NCBI GenBank assembly: GCA_002428325.1
Contig: DIVR01000052.1
Location: forward strand, 11,112 to 75,111
Source: a bacterium UBP4_UBA6127
GTDB taxonomy: Bacteria > UBP4 > UBA4092
Length of the DNA stretch: 64,000 bases
Reading direction: 5' to 3'
The notes beneath the pieces are model-generated. The model was given only the letters and a program-made list of their open reading frames with translations. It was not told the origin of the DNA and ran no database searches. The stretch's first letter is position 1, and every line of letters starts with the position of its first letter. Below are positions 1 to 10,494 of the stretch, one piece after another. The position numbers were made by a program, and so were the translations under genes.

Positions 1-2
1 AT

Positions 3-299
3 GGTGCTTTTTTTAATGACAACACTGAACAGTCGCTACAATTAATCAAAACCGAAGAAATGCGGGCACGCAAAAACAATGTTTATTCCAGAATCGTTCA
101 AATTGTTAAAAACAGAGCGCCTGTATTGGTAAAAACGACCAATTCCCAGTTGGCCATCCAAATCGGAAAACAGTTCAAACGTCAATTTAAGGGACAATTG
201 GATATTTCCACCAGTAAGAAAAACGGAGTAATGGTCCGCTGGAGCTATGAGCAGGAAACAGCTAAACCTGCCAAAGAGACCTCTCATTCTACTGTCTGA
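3..299 (+). CDS. BCAM0308-family-like protein, 5'-truncated by window edge
   Basis: Frame of ORF 60..299 is open back to base 3 (GAFFNDNTEQSLQLIKTEEMRARKNN...). LVKTTNSQLAIQIGKQFKRQFKGQLDI...VRW resembles the BCAM0308 family C-terminus (by eye). Confidence 0.55.
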   Translation, partial: GAFFNDNTEQSLQLIKTEEMRARKNNVYSRIVQIVKNRAPVLVKTTNSQLAIQIGKQFKRQFKGQLDISTSKKNGVMVRWSYEQETAKPAKETSHSTV

Positions 300-314
300 A
301 TTTTAAAATGAACC

Positions 315-2306
315 GTGCCACAATTTAATTTAAAATCCTCGTTTGCTCCAAGTGGGGATCAGCCTGGTGCAATCAAAGAACTCATTAAGGCGATCCAGGA
401 TTTAAACCGTTATGTAACCTTAGTCGGGGTAACCGGATCCGGTAAAACCTATACCGTGGCAAATCTGGTTCAATCTCTGCAGAAGCCCACGTTGGTAATT
501 GCCCATAATAAAACATTGGCTGCCCAGCTATATCAAGAATTCAAAGATTTCTTTCCTGAAAATGCTGTTGAATATTTCGTCAGTTATTATGACTATTACC
601 AGCCTGAAGCTTATATTCCCACCACAGACACTTATATCGAAAAAGATTCTGCCATCAACGACGAAATAGACAAACTGCGCCAACGGGCCACCATGTCCCT
701 GCTGACTCGAAGAGATGTTATCGTGGTGGCCAGTGTTTCCTGCATCTATGGACTGGGGTCCCCTGAGATATACTTCGAGATGGTGTTAAAATTCGTAAAG
801 GGGACTTCCCTGGACAGGGATGCCGCTATCCGTAAGCTTATTTCTATCCTGTATGAAAGAAATCCTATAGATTTCAGTAGAGGAAAATTCAGGGTTTCCG
901 GTGATGTTTTGGAAATCTTCCCGACTTATGAGGATACCGCCTTAAGAATAGAGTTTTTTGGAGATGACATTGACCGCATATCCAGAATAGACCCTTTAAC
1001 CGGATCGGTGATTGAAGAGTTGGAGCAGATCACTATCTTTCCAGCAAAACATTGGGTGATGCCTGAGCTTCAGCTTCGAGCTGCAACCGAGAAGATTCGG
1101 GAAGAGCTTCAAGAAAGGGTGGAATGGTTCAATAAGAATAATATGCCATTGGAAGCAGAAAGAATCCGGCAGCGGACCAATTTTGATTTGGAGATGATGC
1201 AGGAAATCGGGTATTGTTCCGGGATTGAAAACTATTCCAGGATTCTTACGAATCGAAGTCCCGGGTCTCCTTCTGAAACCCTGATGGATTATCTTCCTGA
1301 GGATTCCCTGGTCGTAATTGATGAGTCCCATGTTACCTTGCCGCAAATCCATGGAATGTATGCAGGGGACCGCTCCAGGAAAAAGAATCTCATTGATTAC
1401 GGATTCAGGCTTCCCTCCGCTTTTGACAACCGTCCTTTAAAATTTGATGAATTCCATTCAAAGGTCAAGCATTTCCTATTTGTCTCCGCCACTCCCGGAG
1501 AATGGGAGATGAAGAAATCCGAGGGAGCCATTATTGAACAGATAATCCGCCCCACAGGACTTCTGGACCCGGAAATTCTTATTCGTCCGGTTAAGAATCA
1601 GGTGGACGATTTAGTCAATGAAATCCGCAAACAAATCGAGGTTAGCGAAAGAGTGCTGGTTACTACTCTAACCAAGAAAATGGCCGAGAATCTCACTGAC
1701 TATCTGACTCAGCTGGGAATCAGAGCCAGATACTTGCATTCAACGATTGAAACCCTTGAAAGGATAGAAATCATCAGAGGGCTTCGATTGGGAGAATTTG
1801 ATGTTCTAGTGGGAGTTAATTTACTTCGAGAAGGATTAGATATTCCTGAAGTATCCCTGGTCGCTATCTTGGATGCCGATAAAGAGGGATTTCTCCGTTC
1901 AGAACGATCCTTGATCCAGACTATTGGGCGCTGTGCCAGAAATGTTCGATCCCGGGCCATATTATATGCAGATAGAATTACTGATTCTATGAAAAAGGCC
2001 ATTGATGTAACCGAACGACGACGAAAAATCCAGTTTGATTATAATAAGGCCCATGGAATCACTCCCCAAACGATTATTCGTCCAGTGCAAGATGCGATGG
2101 TTGATACCAAGGAAATCTTGGAAGTACCCGCCAGGGAAACAGGCTTATCCGGAGAATTGCATTCCGATGAGGATTTGAATAAACTGGTAATTGAATTAGA
2201 GAAGAAAATGAAACAAGCCGCTAAAGAGCTTGATTTCGAATCTGCAGCTCATTACCGAGACAGTCTGGTAAAGTTAAAAGAGTTTATGCTGGGTATGCAA
2301 AAGTGA
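315..2306 (+). CDS. uvrB: Excinuclease ABC subunit B
   Basis: Walker [36 protein letters not shown] beta-hairpin, DESH, C-terminal UVR coiled coil ([15 protein letters not shown]). GTG start. Confidence 0.99.
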   Translation: MPQFNLKSSFAPSGDQPGAIKELIKAIQDLNRYVTLVGVTGSGKTYTVANLVQSLQKPTLVIAHNKTLAAQLYQEFKDFFPENAVEYFVSYYDYYQPEAYIPTTDTYIEKDSAINDEIDKLRQRATMSLLTRRDVIVVASVSCIYGLGSPEIYFEMVLKFVKGTSLDRDAAIRKLISILYERNPIDFSRGKFRVSGDVLEIFPTYEDTALRIEFFGDDIDRISRIDPLTGSVIEELEQITIFPAKHWVMPELQLRAATEKIREELQERVEWFNKNNMPLEAERIRQRTNFDLEMMQEIGYCSGIENYSRILTNRSPGSPSETLMDYLPEDSLVVIDESHVTLPQIHGMYAGDRSRKKNLIDYGFRLPSAFDNRPLKFDEFHSKVKHFLFVSATPGEWEMKKSEGAIIEQIIRPTGLLDPEILIRPVKNQVDDLVNEIRKQIEVSERVLVTTLTKKMAENLTDYLTQLGIRARYLHSTIETLERIEIIRGLRLGEFDVLVGVNLLREGLDIPEVSLVAILDADKEGFLRSERSLIQTIGRCARNVRSRAILYADRITDSMKKAIDVTERRRKIQFDYNKAHGITPQTIIRPVQDAMVDTKEILEVPARETGLSGELHSDEDLNKLVIELEKKMKQAAKELDFESAAHYRDSLVKLKEFMLGMQK

Positions 2307-3985
2307 GAGGGTTACTGACCCATAAAATACTGAAAAATCCCATATGGTTTGGAATAGTTTTCATTATTTTAGCAGGTATCTTCAGCCGGTTTTATGGGCT
2401 AGGCACCCATAGCCTTTGGGTAGATGAAGTGATTGCCAGTTATGTATCAGCAGGTCCTGACTTGCATGCGGGCCCTGAAGATATTAAGTATATTTACCAA
2501 CAGCGTTTTAATGATGTAACCCCACCTCTACGTGATTACCTCGCCCATTTATCCTTTCGTTTCTTAGGTGTAAATGAATACGGGCTTCGCTTCTTCCCTG
2601 CCCTCTTTGGGGTTCTGGGTATCGCATTGATTTTTCTGGTCGCCCGAAGATGGTTTAATGAGGAAACAGCCTTAATTTGTGCCTTTCTTTTGTTGATATC
2701 TCCCTTTTATCTGCATCATTCACAAGATGGGAGAATGTACACCCTTTTGATGTTTTTTTCATTATCAGCTTTTTTCTGCCTTCATCAGACCCTGTTTTCA
2801 TCCCAGCATTCGTTTTACTGGGGAACAGGCTTCATCATTTTCAACCTCCTGAATATTTACCTGAGTTATTTTGGTTTCTGGTGCTTATGTACCCAGTGTT
2901 TGATTGCCCTTGTCTGGATCGGTTTGAAATCAAGAGAAACCGACCAAAGCCTTCGATACATCCTTAGAGGGTCTGGATATCTAGCTTTAGGACTGGCTAT
3001 TTTGTTTATCCTTTATCTACCATGGGTGAAAGCGATTTATTTATTTATTACCCGGAACATCCATTCTCCAGTGCCTTATCAATTACCTTTCACCCCTCCC
3101 ATCATTGATGAGGAGACCAGCCGCAACTATATCTACCATCTGAAACCTAATTGGCCTTTTTTAAAAGGATTGCTGGCTGATTTTGGACAAAAGGGATGGA
3201 TGAATTATGTTTATATTGGTTTTTTCCTTACAGGACTGCGATACCTTATTAAAACCAATGTGAAATTGGGATTGGGATTCATCTTATGGCTTACAATCCC
3301 ACTAATTATCACTTTTGCTCCTCCGGCGAAAGCCCTTTTCTTTAATCGTTATATTTCCTTTATGATGCCGGTTTATATTCTGACGACAGGTGTGGGGATG
3401 ATGCAGATTATCTATTGGCTGAAAAATAAATCGACTCCTTATATCAACCTCTCAAGTTATCCTTTCATCTTATCGATAATGGTCCTTTTTACGGTCGTTA
3501 CCCTCCCCGCTATTCGAGACCATTATAGGGTTCAGAAGCAGGATTGGAAGAAAGCCGTCGCTTTCATGATTCCCCAAATCCAGAATGAAGATGTCATTAT
3601 TGCCGGCCCTTATAATTCTTTCTGGAGTACCATGTACTACCTTCAACGCAATGGGGCCAAACGCTCTGAGTTATATCCAGCCCCCTGGAGCGGTCAGTAT
3701 TCTGAAGTAAACTTGCAGGGTAAAATCATTCGGCTTTGCCAGAAAATTCAAGATACTGAAAATCTTGCTCAATACTATCAAAACAATAATCGAGTCTGGT
3801 ACATTTCAGCCTATTATCGGACTTACCAATATAGAAATCCTTCCTATTATTCATATATTGAGTCCCATTCGGGACGCTATGCCCGATTTGATTCAGCTAT
3901 TGATGATGATTCTATCTTTGTTTTTCTATCTGATAAATTGGAACTGAAACCTACCCTGGCACCCATTTTTCCCTCAAGGAACTAA
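2303..3985 (+). CDS. GT-C fold membrane glycosyltransferase (GT39/PMT-like)
   Basis: LWVDE motif in first loop, [20 protein letters not shown], about 11 hydrophobic segments and a soluble C-terminal domain. GTG start overlaps the uvrB stop (GTGA). Confidence 0.8.
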   Translation: MRGLLTHKILKNPIWFGIVFIILAGIFSRFYGLGTHSLWVDEVIASYVSAGPDLHAGPEDIKYIYQQRFNDVTPPLRDYLAHLSFRFLGVNEYGLRFFPALFGVLGIALIFLVARRWFNEETALICAFLLLISPFYLHHSQDGRMYTLLMFFSLSAFFCLHQTLFSSQHSFYWGTGFIIFNLLNIYLSYFGFWCLCTQCLIALVWIGLKSRETDQSLRYILRGSGYLALGLAILFILYLPWVKAIYLFITRNIHSPVPYQLPFTPPIIDEETSRNYIYHLKPNWPFLKGLLADFGQKGWMNYVYIGFFLTGLRYLIKTNVKLGLGFILWLTIPLIITFAPPAKALFFNRYISFMMPVYILTTGVGMMQIIYWLKNKSTPYINLSSYPFILSIMVLFTVVTLPAIRDHYRVQKQDWKKAVAFMIPQIQNEDVIIAGPYNSFWSTMYYLQRNGAKRSELYPAPWSGQYSEVNLQGKIIRLCQKIQDTENLAQYYQNNNRVWYISAYYRTYQYRNPSYYSYIESHSGRYARFDSAIDDDSIFVFLSDKLELKPTLAPIFPSRN

Positions 3986-3997
3986 ACCTTCTTTAGA

Positions 3998-4044
3998 TCG
4001 GAGCAGTAACGGAGAGGGTCAGACCCTCTCCGTTACTGCTCCGA
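3998..4044. repeat. Perfect 23-bp-arm palindrome, REP-like element (family A copy 1)
   Basis: TCGGAGCAGTAACGGAGAGGGTC-A-GACCCTCTCCGTTACTGCTCCGA, 12 nt after the GT-C stop, between convergent genes. Confidence 0.9.
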
Positions 4045-4138
4045 ACACTCTAAATCAGCATATTTTAGTATTTATTATTGAATATATTAAAGTTAACAAA
4101 TAATCCTTAAAGTAACTTATCAAAGATGGGTTTTAGGC

Positions 4139-4172
4139 AAAAAAAAAGACTGGTTGGAAGCAACCAGTCTTT
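4139..4172 (-). terminator. Intrinsic terminator of the glyA operon
   Basis: Stem AAAGACTGGTTG/CAACCAGTCTTT with 4-nt loop, followed by a U run on the minus strand, about 20 nt after the glyA stop. Confidence 0.85.
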
Positions 4173-4194
4173 AATAAAAAAACAAATAGATGTC

Positions 4195-5430
4195 TTATAC
4201 GTAGAGAGGAAATTTTTGGCAGAGGACTAAAACATCATTTTTGACAGCTGCCAAAACCTCAGGATTATTCCGATTCATCAGAGCTTTATTGATCAGCTCC
4301 GCAATTCGTTTCATTTCAGGCTCTTTCATACCCCTGGTGGTTACCGCTGGTGTCCCGATACGAACTCCGCTGGTGATAAAGGGTTTTTCGGTATCAAAAG
4401 GTACGGTATTTTTATTAACCGTGATTCCAGCCTCTTCCAAAGCTATCTGGGCTTCTTTACCTGTTATTCCCTTATTTCTGAGGTCCACCAACATCAAGTG
4501 ATTATCTGTGCCTCCGCTGACTAATCGATACCCATCGGCCATCAGAGAGTCAGCCAGGGTCTTGGCATTCAGGATGATTTGTTTCTGATATTGTTTGAAG
4601 TCATCAGACATGGCTTCCTTGAAAGCGACCGCCTTAGCCGCAATAATATGCATCAAGGGCCCGCCCTGAATCCCGGGGAATATAATAGAATTAATTTGTT
4701 TGGTATATTTTTCTTTACAGAGAATCAATCCGGCACGAGGTCCCCGAAGAGTTTTATGGGTCGTGGTCGTCACCACATCAGCATAAGGAACAGGACTGGG
4801 ATGCAATCCTGCCGCCACTAATCCGGCGATATGGGCCATATCCACCATAAGATAGGCGCCGACTTCATCTGCTATTTCCCGGAATTTAGGGAAATCCAGA
4901 ATCCTGGGATAAGCGCTGGCTCCAGCCAAAATCATTTTAGGCTTAAATTCCAATGCCTTACTGCGCAATTCATCGTAATCAATCTGTTCGGTTTCCCGGT
5001 TGACCCCATAAGAAACGATATTAAAATATTTACCAGAGAAATTAACCGGGCTTCCATGGGTCAAATGCCCACCATGAGACAATTCCATACCTAAAACAGT
5101 ATCCCCAAGATTTAATAACGCAAAATAGACTCCCATATTGGCCTGAGAACCGGAATGAGGCTGAACATTGGCATGCTCAGCGCCAAAGAGGGCCTTGGCC
5201 CTTTCAATAGCAAGATTTTCAACCACATCAACGAATTCACATCCGCCATAGTAACGTTTCCCCGGAAGGCCTTCGGCGTATTTATTGGTCATGATACAAC
5301 CTTGAGCTTCCAGAACCGCTTTGCTGACAAAATTTTCCGAGGCAATAAGTTCCAGACCGGATTCCTGCCGTTCGGTTTCCTTTTGGATTGCTGAATAGAC
5401 TTCGGGGTCCACCTGCTGAAGATATGACAT
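4195..5430 (-). CDS. glyA: Serine hydroxymethyltransferase
   Basis: [41 protein letters not shown] lysine motif [12 protein letters not shown]. Confidence 0.99.
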   Translation of the reverse strand: MSYLQQVDPEVYSAIQKETERQESGLELIASENFVSKAVLEAQGCIMTNKYAEGLPGKRYYGGCEFVDVVENLAIERAKALFGAEHANVQPHSGSQANMGVYFALLNLGDTVLGMELSHGGHLTHGSPVNFSGKYFNIVSYGVNRETEQIDYDELRSKALEFKPKMILAGASAYPRILDFPKFREIADEVGAYLMVDMAHIAGLVAAGLHPSPVPYADVVTTTTHKTLRGPRAGLILCKEKYTKQINSIIFPGIQGGPLMHIIAAKAVAFKEAMSDDFKQYQKQIILNAKTLADSLMADGYRLVSGGTDNHLMLVDLRNKGITGKEAQIALEEAGITVNKNTVPFDTEKPFITSGVRIGTPAVTTRGMKEPEMKRIAELINKALMNRNNPEVLAAVKNDVLVLCQKFPLYV

Positions 5431-5461
5431 GTTAAACTCCTTCTGACTTTATGTATAAGCC

Positions 5462-5923
5462 TTATTTACAGTATTTTTTCTCAATATCCGTTATTAGATC
5501 CAGCCTGCGTTGATGCCGGCCGCCTTCAAATTCTGTCTCTAGCCAGGTTTTAGTAATAGCCAAGGCCTTTTCTGGTTCAATGCCACCGGTTTCAGGCCTG
5601 CCTCCCAGCGACAGTACATTGGCATTTCCATGTTGCCGGCTCTGTTGAGCTAATAAGACAGTCGTGGCCAATGCTGCCCGAATTCCGGGAACTTTATTGG
5701 CAACATAACTCATCCCCAAACCATTTCCGCAAATAACAATCCCCCGGTCTGACTCTCCCCGGGAGACACTCTCTGCAACCTTTTGTCCATAGAGAGTAAA
5801 ATCCACTGATTCGGTGCTGTGAGTCCCATAATCCTGAACATCATAACCCCAATCGATTAGTTGGGATTTAATGATTTCTTTTAATGGGAATCCCGCATGA
5901 TCTGAACCGATAGCTATTTTCAT
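5462..5923 (-). CDS. rpiB: Ribose-5-phosphate isomerase B (RpiB/LacA/LacB family)
   Basis: KIAIGSDHAG, GIVICGNGLGM, ANKVPGIRAA, HGNANVL, FEGGRHQRR. Confidence 0.93.
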   Translation of the reverse strand: MKIAIGSDHAGFPLKEIIKSQLIDWGYDVQDYGTHSTESVDFTLYGQKVAESVSRGESDRGIVICGNGLGMSYVANKVPGIRAALATTVLLAQQSRQHGNANVLSLGGRPETGGIEPEKALAITKTWLETEFEGGRHQRRLDLITDIEKKYCK

Positions 5924-6396
5924 GATTGACTGCTCTCCAAGATTTCTTTATGAATAAGATTCCGGATACAGGTATGAATCTCATTGGCGCAAGACCTGTA
6001 TTCCGCTAAGCCTAGACCATAGGGGTCATCAATCTCATGATGATTTTCGCTATCAGGATGATAATCCCCCATAATTTTTATTTTATTATCCAAATCAGGG
6101 GTCATACTCAGAAGGACATCCCGATGCATGGTTTCCATGACAATGACTAAATCAGCTTCCCTTAACAATCCTTCATTGATACGGGTTGAATGATGCCCCA
6201 TAATATCAATGCCACGCTCATTCATCACCAGGATGGCAGGATCCGATGCTAAACGGCCATCTACAGTAAGAACCCCGGCAGAAGATATGTGGATATCATA
6301 AGAAGGATACTTTTCCATCTCCTTCTTCATCAAAGCTTCAGCCATAGGGCTTCGGCATAAGTTACCCGTACACACAAAGAGAATAGATTTAATCAT
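5920..6396 (-). CDS. Low-molecular-weight protein phosphatase (LMW-PTP/YwlE family)
   Basis: P-loop FVCTGNLCRSPMAE and acid loop IDDPYG. Confidence 0.93.
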   Translation of the reverse strand: MIKSILFVCTGNLCRSPMAEALMKKEMEKYPSYDIHISSAGVLTVDGRLASDPAILVMNERGIDIMGHHSTRINEGLLREADLVIVMETMHRDVLLSMTPDLDNKIKIMGDYHPDSENHHEIDDPYGLGLAEYRSCANEIHTCIRNLIHKEILESSQS

Positions 6397-6431
6397 AAAA
6401 TATCCGCCTGTTAATCAATTATACCGTAAAA

Positions 6432-7085
6432 TCAAAGGCTTGAGATTTGTAGAATACGCCGAATATCATCCGATTGAATATTACCTTCCCTCAATATCCG
6501 GGGAGGTTCAGTTGTAAGATCAACCACCGTGGATGGAATTCCGCTGCCAATGATACCCCCATCGATTATCAAATCAATCTCTGTCAAGAAATCTTGAGGC
6601 AATGATTTAAAATCTATACAGGGCGGTTCATCCGAGTAATTAGCGCTTGTACTTGCTACGGGTCTCCCCAGTTGTTCAATGAGCCGAGTTACCAGCTGAG
6701 ACTGGGGCATTCTCAGTCCAATTTTTCCAGTTCCACAGGTGATGGCAGCATACGGGGCTTGTGAACAGGGCACTATTATCGTAAGGGCCCCAGGCCAATA
6801 GGTTTCACATAATGCCTCTGTTCTATCTGGAATTGAATCCGATAAAGCAAGCACTTGATGGAAACCATTAACCAATACCGGCAGAGGTTTTTGGTTGTCG
6901 CGTTTCTTCAGCTGATAAATTCTCGAAACCGCCTGGGGATTATCAATATCGCAAATCAGGCCATACACAGTATCCGTAGGGACCATAACGACTCCGCCCT
7001 GCAGAAGGCAATTGACTATATTCTGAAGAGATTCAGCCGATGGATTATCAGGACTGATTTTGATTGATGCATTTCGGGGAATCAT
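6432..7085 (-). CDS. tsaC: L-threonylcarbamoyladenylate synthase (YrdC domain only)
   Basis: PTDTVYGL, KKRDNQKPL, WPGALT, GLRMP, STSANYS, PSTVVD. No Sua5 C-terminal domain. Confidence 0.93.
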   Translation of the reverse strand: MIPRNASIKISPDNPSAESLQNIVNCLLQGGVVMVPTDTVYGLICDIDNPQAVSRIYQLKKRDNQKPLPVLVNGFHQVLALSDSIPDRTEALCETYWPGALTIIVPCSQAPYAAITCGTGKIGLRMPQSQLVTRLIEQLGRPVASTSANYSDEPPCIDFKSLPQDFLTEIDLIIDGGIIGSGIPSTVVDLTTEPPRILREGNIQSDDIRRILQISSL

Positions 7086-7091
7086 TTAAAT

Positions 7092-7736
7092 CTATCTTTC
7101 AATAACAAATTTTGAGATATCTTGGAACAGGAAATCATAAACCCGGTTAATTCGTTCCAGGGGAATGGAGGAGTTATAAACGACTCCATGGAATTCACCT
7201 TTTATCTCAATAAACAGATTGTTCATATCTCTGAACCAAGGTTCAATTCGAATATCCATTACTTCGTCTTTTCCGGGCAAATTCAAACGAAGGCCGGCCC
7301 CACCCAGGTTTTTCCCCAAAGTATTGATATCTTCGGATGTAAAGCTGAAAAACTTATTCAATAAAATATCCCGGGAAGAATTCCCAGAATCACAGGGCCA
7401 GAGAGACCTTAAAACTACCGCTTGAAATAAAAACATAGGGATATTCATTTCGGTACGAATATGTTCCATGACTGTTTTGGTTTTATCCATAAACAACTGG
7501 ATATTAAACTGGGAATCCTCTTCCTGGATATAGAGACGATCCGACATGATTCTTAATGCCGAACCATTGGGGTGAGTTAATTGTGCCCCATTGGGAATCA
7601 GAGAAAAGGAGGGATATTCAAAGGTCTGGCAAATCTTGGAATAAATATCCACCAGGGTATTCTTCTCAAGGTTGGTGATAGGAGGAAAAACAATTTCAGT
7701 TGAATAATGGATAGTCTTAAGTAATTCTGGATTCAT
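7092..7736 (-). CDS. Hypothetical soluble protein
   Basis: 214-aa ORF, co-oriented and tightly packed (6- and 10-nt gaps) in the operon, with AAGGAAA RBS. No family confidently recognised. Confidence 0.75.
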   Translation of the reverse strand: MNPELLKTIHYSTEIVFPPITNLEKNTLVDIYSKICQTFEYPSFSLIPNGAQLTHPNGSALRIMSDRLYIQEEDSQFNIQLFMDKTKTVMEHIRTEMNIPMFLFQAVVLRSLWPCDSGNSSRDILLNKFFSFTSEDINTLGKNLGGAGLRLNLPGKDEVMDIRIEPWFRDMNNLFIEIKGEFHGVVYNSSIPLERINRVYDFLFQDISKFVIER

Positions 7737-7746
7737 AATATTTCCT

Positions 7747-8259
7747 TTATTGATGATATATTTCGTGATGTCTTAATCTTTTTTTCTTTATATGGTCCTG
7801 GTAAGCTACCATGATCCTGTAAGTAATCAGATAACTTATCAGAGATATTAAAACTGAGGTAATGATAACGCCAATCAGGAGAGAGATTCCAGTAGCAGAG
7901 AGGATATCCCATACTTCCTTTATCGTTCTAGCTTTCATTAATCGATAGATATAATCTGAACTATTCCAGCCATGTCCCATCAAAAAACTACCTAACGAAT
8001 AACTGAAAATCCATATAGGAATAGTCGTGGCCGTATTAAATAAGATTGTTCCTAAAACAGCCGCTCCCCGATTCAACTTCAAAAGAGTGGCAAAAATCAA
8101 AGCATAAATCGGACCCGCGATAGGCATTACGCCAAGAAACATTCCTAACGCCATCCCTCCAGCAACTTTATGAGGGCTGTCTTTCATCCTGACTAAACGG
8201 TAATAATTCAGCTTAATCCACCGTTTCAGGCGGTTTTTTTTCGGTATATGTAATGACAT
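7747..8259 (-). CDS. DUF2062 family membrane protein
   Basis: DSPHKVAGGMALGMFLGVMP, LKLNRGAAVLGT, NTATTIPIW...SYSLG pattern. Confidence 0.85.
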   Translation of the reverse strand: MSLHIPKKNRLKRWIKLNYYRLVRMKDSPHKVAGGMALGMFLGVMPIAGPIYALIFATLLKLNRGAAVLGTILFNTATTIPIWIFSYSLGSFLMGHGWNSSDYIYRLMKARTIKEVWDILSATGISLLIGVIITSVLISLISYLITYRIMVAYQDHIKKKRLRHHEIYHQ

Positions 8260-8405
8260 AAATTGATTGATTATAACGATAGTCCGAATTATTTAATTTG
8301 CGACCTGTAAACATTTTAAACAGTTTAGTAGTAAAATTGAAGAGAAATTGATTTCCATGATAGACTGCTTTGATAATCATTCATCTTCCATGAAATAGGA
8401 ATACT

Positions 8406-9191
8406 ATGTTTATAACAGATACATTTTTAAATTTTGCTGTCCAAATTGCTGATTCCGGTGTCGTAAATTCTGGAAATGCCCCTGTTTTCCCCTCCGGCTT
8501 CTCAACTTTCTTCAAGATATTAACAAATTGCGTTCAACAGAGTGGTCCGTTTGGAAAATTGATTTTACTAATCTTACTATTATTTTCCATTGGGTCATGG
8601 GCCATCATGTTTGACCGGTGGCGTTATTTTAAGAGAATTAACCAGGCAAGTAAACAATTTTTAGAAGAAGTCTGGTCAAAAAAGAGAATGTCATTGGAAA
8701 TAGCTCAGTTTTCCATGAGAAATCCAAGTCCCTATGCCCAGATTTATCGGGTTGGTAATATGGAATTAAACGTTCTTCAGGGAGATACTCCTGTTAATAC
8801 ATCCATTTTGCCTGGGACGATAAAATTATCCCTCTTGGAAAGAGCGATTGAAAATGTTATTTCCGAAGAAACCGCTAAAATGGAGAAGAACCTTTCTTTT
8901 TTGGGAACCACTGCCAGTGCAACCCCCTTTATTGGATTACTTGGAACGGTTTGGGGTATTCTGGCAACCTTTTATCAAATGGGTGTATCCGGTTCGGCCA
9001 ATTTTACAACCATCGCCCCCGGATTAGCGGAATCCCTGATTGCAACAGCAGCAGGTCTGGCTGCTGCCATTCCGGCAGTCATCGCTTATAACCATTACAT
9101 TCAAAAAGTCAGAAGTGAAACCAATAAAATGTATCATTTTTCCGGTCAGTTTTTAAATCATGTGGAACAAAATTACAGGATATCCGATTAA
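8406..9191 (+). CDS. tolQ: TolQ/ExbB (MotA family) proton channel
   Basis: FLGTTASATPFIGLLGTVWGI, IAPGLAESLIATAAGLAAAIPAVIAYN. First gene of the tol-pal run. Confidence 0.92.
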   Translation: MFITDTFLNFAVQIADSGVVNSGNAPVFPSGFSTFFKILTNCVQQSGPFGKLILLILLLFSIGSWAIMFDRWRYFKRINQASKQFLEEVWSKKRMSLEIAQFSMRNPSPYAQIYRVGNMELNVLQGDTPVNTSILPGTIKLSLLERAIENVISEETAKMEKNLSFLGTTASATPFIGLLGTVWGILATFYQMGVSGSANFTTIAPGLAESLIATAAGLAAAIPAVIAYNHYIQKVRSETNKMYHFSGQFLNHVEQNYRISD

Positions 9192-9200
9192 GTATTCCTT

Positions 9201-9614
9201 ATGTTAAGACGCCGACAAGTTCAATATACTCCTCTGGCCAGTATCAATGTTACTCCTTTTGTGGATGTTACTTTGACCCTGCTGGTTATTTTTATGGTCG
9301 TAGCTCCAGCCCTGCACCAGGGATTGAATGTCCAATTACCAAAGACTCAGAGTAAAGGAACGGATGTTTCCGGTAAATGGGTTGTTACGATTTCTGAAAA
9401 AGAACAAATATATCTAAATGAAAGGCCTGTTACTATCCAGGAACTGAGCCAAAGAATGCAGGCTATTTCCCAAACTGACAGTGCCCTGCAAGTATTTATT
9501 ATTGGAGACAAGAGAAGCGATTATGGAGCTGTCATAAAAGTTCTGGATATTGTCAAACAGTCCGGAGTTCAAAAAGTCGGGATAGTAACCGAATTTGAAA
9601 ATACCACCCGATGA
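9201..9614 (+). CDS. tolR: TolR/ExbD
   Basis: INVTPFVDVTLTLLVIFMV (conserved Asp), GLNVQLP, IIGDK...YGAVIKVLD. Confidence 0.92.
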   Translation: MLRRRQVQYTPLASINVTPFVDVTLTLLVIFMVVAPALHQGLNVQLPKTQSKGTDVSGKWVVTISEKEQIYLNERPVTIQELSQRMQAISQTDSALQVFIIGDKRSDYGAVIKVLDIVKQSGVQKVGIVTEFENTTR

Positions 9615-9626
9615 AGATAACCCGTC

Positions 9627-10478
9627 ATGACAGATTTTTATAACAGTATAGATAATCATTCAATACGCAAAGCACTCATAAGTTCGATAATTATCCACTT
9701 CATCATCGTGCTTCTAATCTATTTTGGTTCTATATTGACACCAAAACCAAGCTACCTTTTAGGCGATGTCTATACGGTTAATTTGACCGGAATGCCGATG
9801 GCTTCAGGCACCTTGCAGCCATCCCAAGGAGCTGTTCCTTTATCCCTGCCAGAGGCTCCGGCAAGTTCTAAGGGTAAATCAGATGCCGTATCTCCTATAA
9901 GCGATAAGGTAACACCCAAAACATTTAATACCAAAACAGACGATGCTTTTCCCTTAAAGATCAAGACACCGCAACTTTCTCAGGCTAAACCATTGATTCG
10001 ATCAATATTTAATCAGGGAAATGACACAGAGAAAACCAACCCATCAACTAAAGCGGGTCCAGAAATCAAAAAGTTTTCCGGTGGAACCATGTTGGGCGCA
10101 GTCAAAGGGAATAACCATTCAACAAATGCTTCAACAGGAACACCGGGTAGTAATATGGGAAGTTCCATGGGAGGAATGCAGGGTAAACCCTTTCCTGATC
10201 CATACTATTTGCAGAAAATCCAGGAGAGAATCACTCAAAATTGGAGTCCCCCAGAAGGAATTATTGGGAGAAATAAACAAATGAACCTTTTGGTTTATTT
10301 CTCTATTAATCGTCAGGGGAAAATCAGCAGTGTAATGATTGAAGAGCCTTCAGGTTCGACTGTTTTGGACCAATCAGCAATCAGAGCTGTCCAATTATCA
10401 GACCCTTTACTCCCAATTCCGGCTGTGATTAAGGAAGATATGTTAAAAGTTCATTTTAAATTTACCTATAATAGCTGA
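9627..10478 (+). CDS. tolA: TolA-like protein with TonB C-terminal domain
   Basis: N-terminal anchor SSIIIHFII (SxxxH), low-complexity linker, C-terminal YYLQKIQERITQNWSPP...SGSTVLDQSAIRAV. Lies between tolR and tolB. Confidence 0.75.
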   Translation: MTDFYNSIDNHSIRKALISSIIIHFIIVLLIYFGSILTPKPSYLLGDVYTVNLTGMPMASGTLQPSQGAVPLSLPEAPASSKGKSDAVSPISDKVTPKTFNTKTDDAFPLKIKTPQLSQAKPLIRSIFNQGNDTEKTNPSTKAGPEIKKFSGGTMLGAVKGNNHSTNASTGTPGSNMGSSMGGMQGKPFPDPYYLQKIQERITQNWSPPEGIIGRNKQMNLLVYFSINRQGKISSVMIEEPSGSTVLDQSAIRAVQLSDPLLPIPAVIKEDMLKVHFKFTYNS

Positions 10479-10494
10479 TTAGAGGTTAGAAAAA

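Noticed and set aside
8371-8381. Partial Fur-box-like TGATAATCATT upstream of tolQ
   Set aside because: Only 11 of 19 consensus positions match in an AT-rich region, and the downstream genes are Tol-Pal rather than an iron-uptake TonB system.
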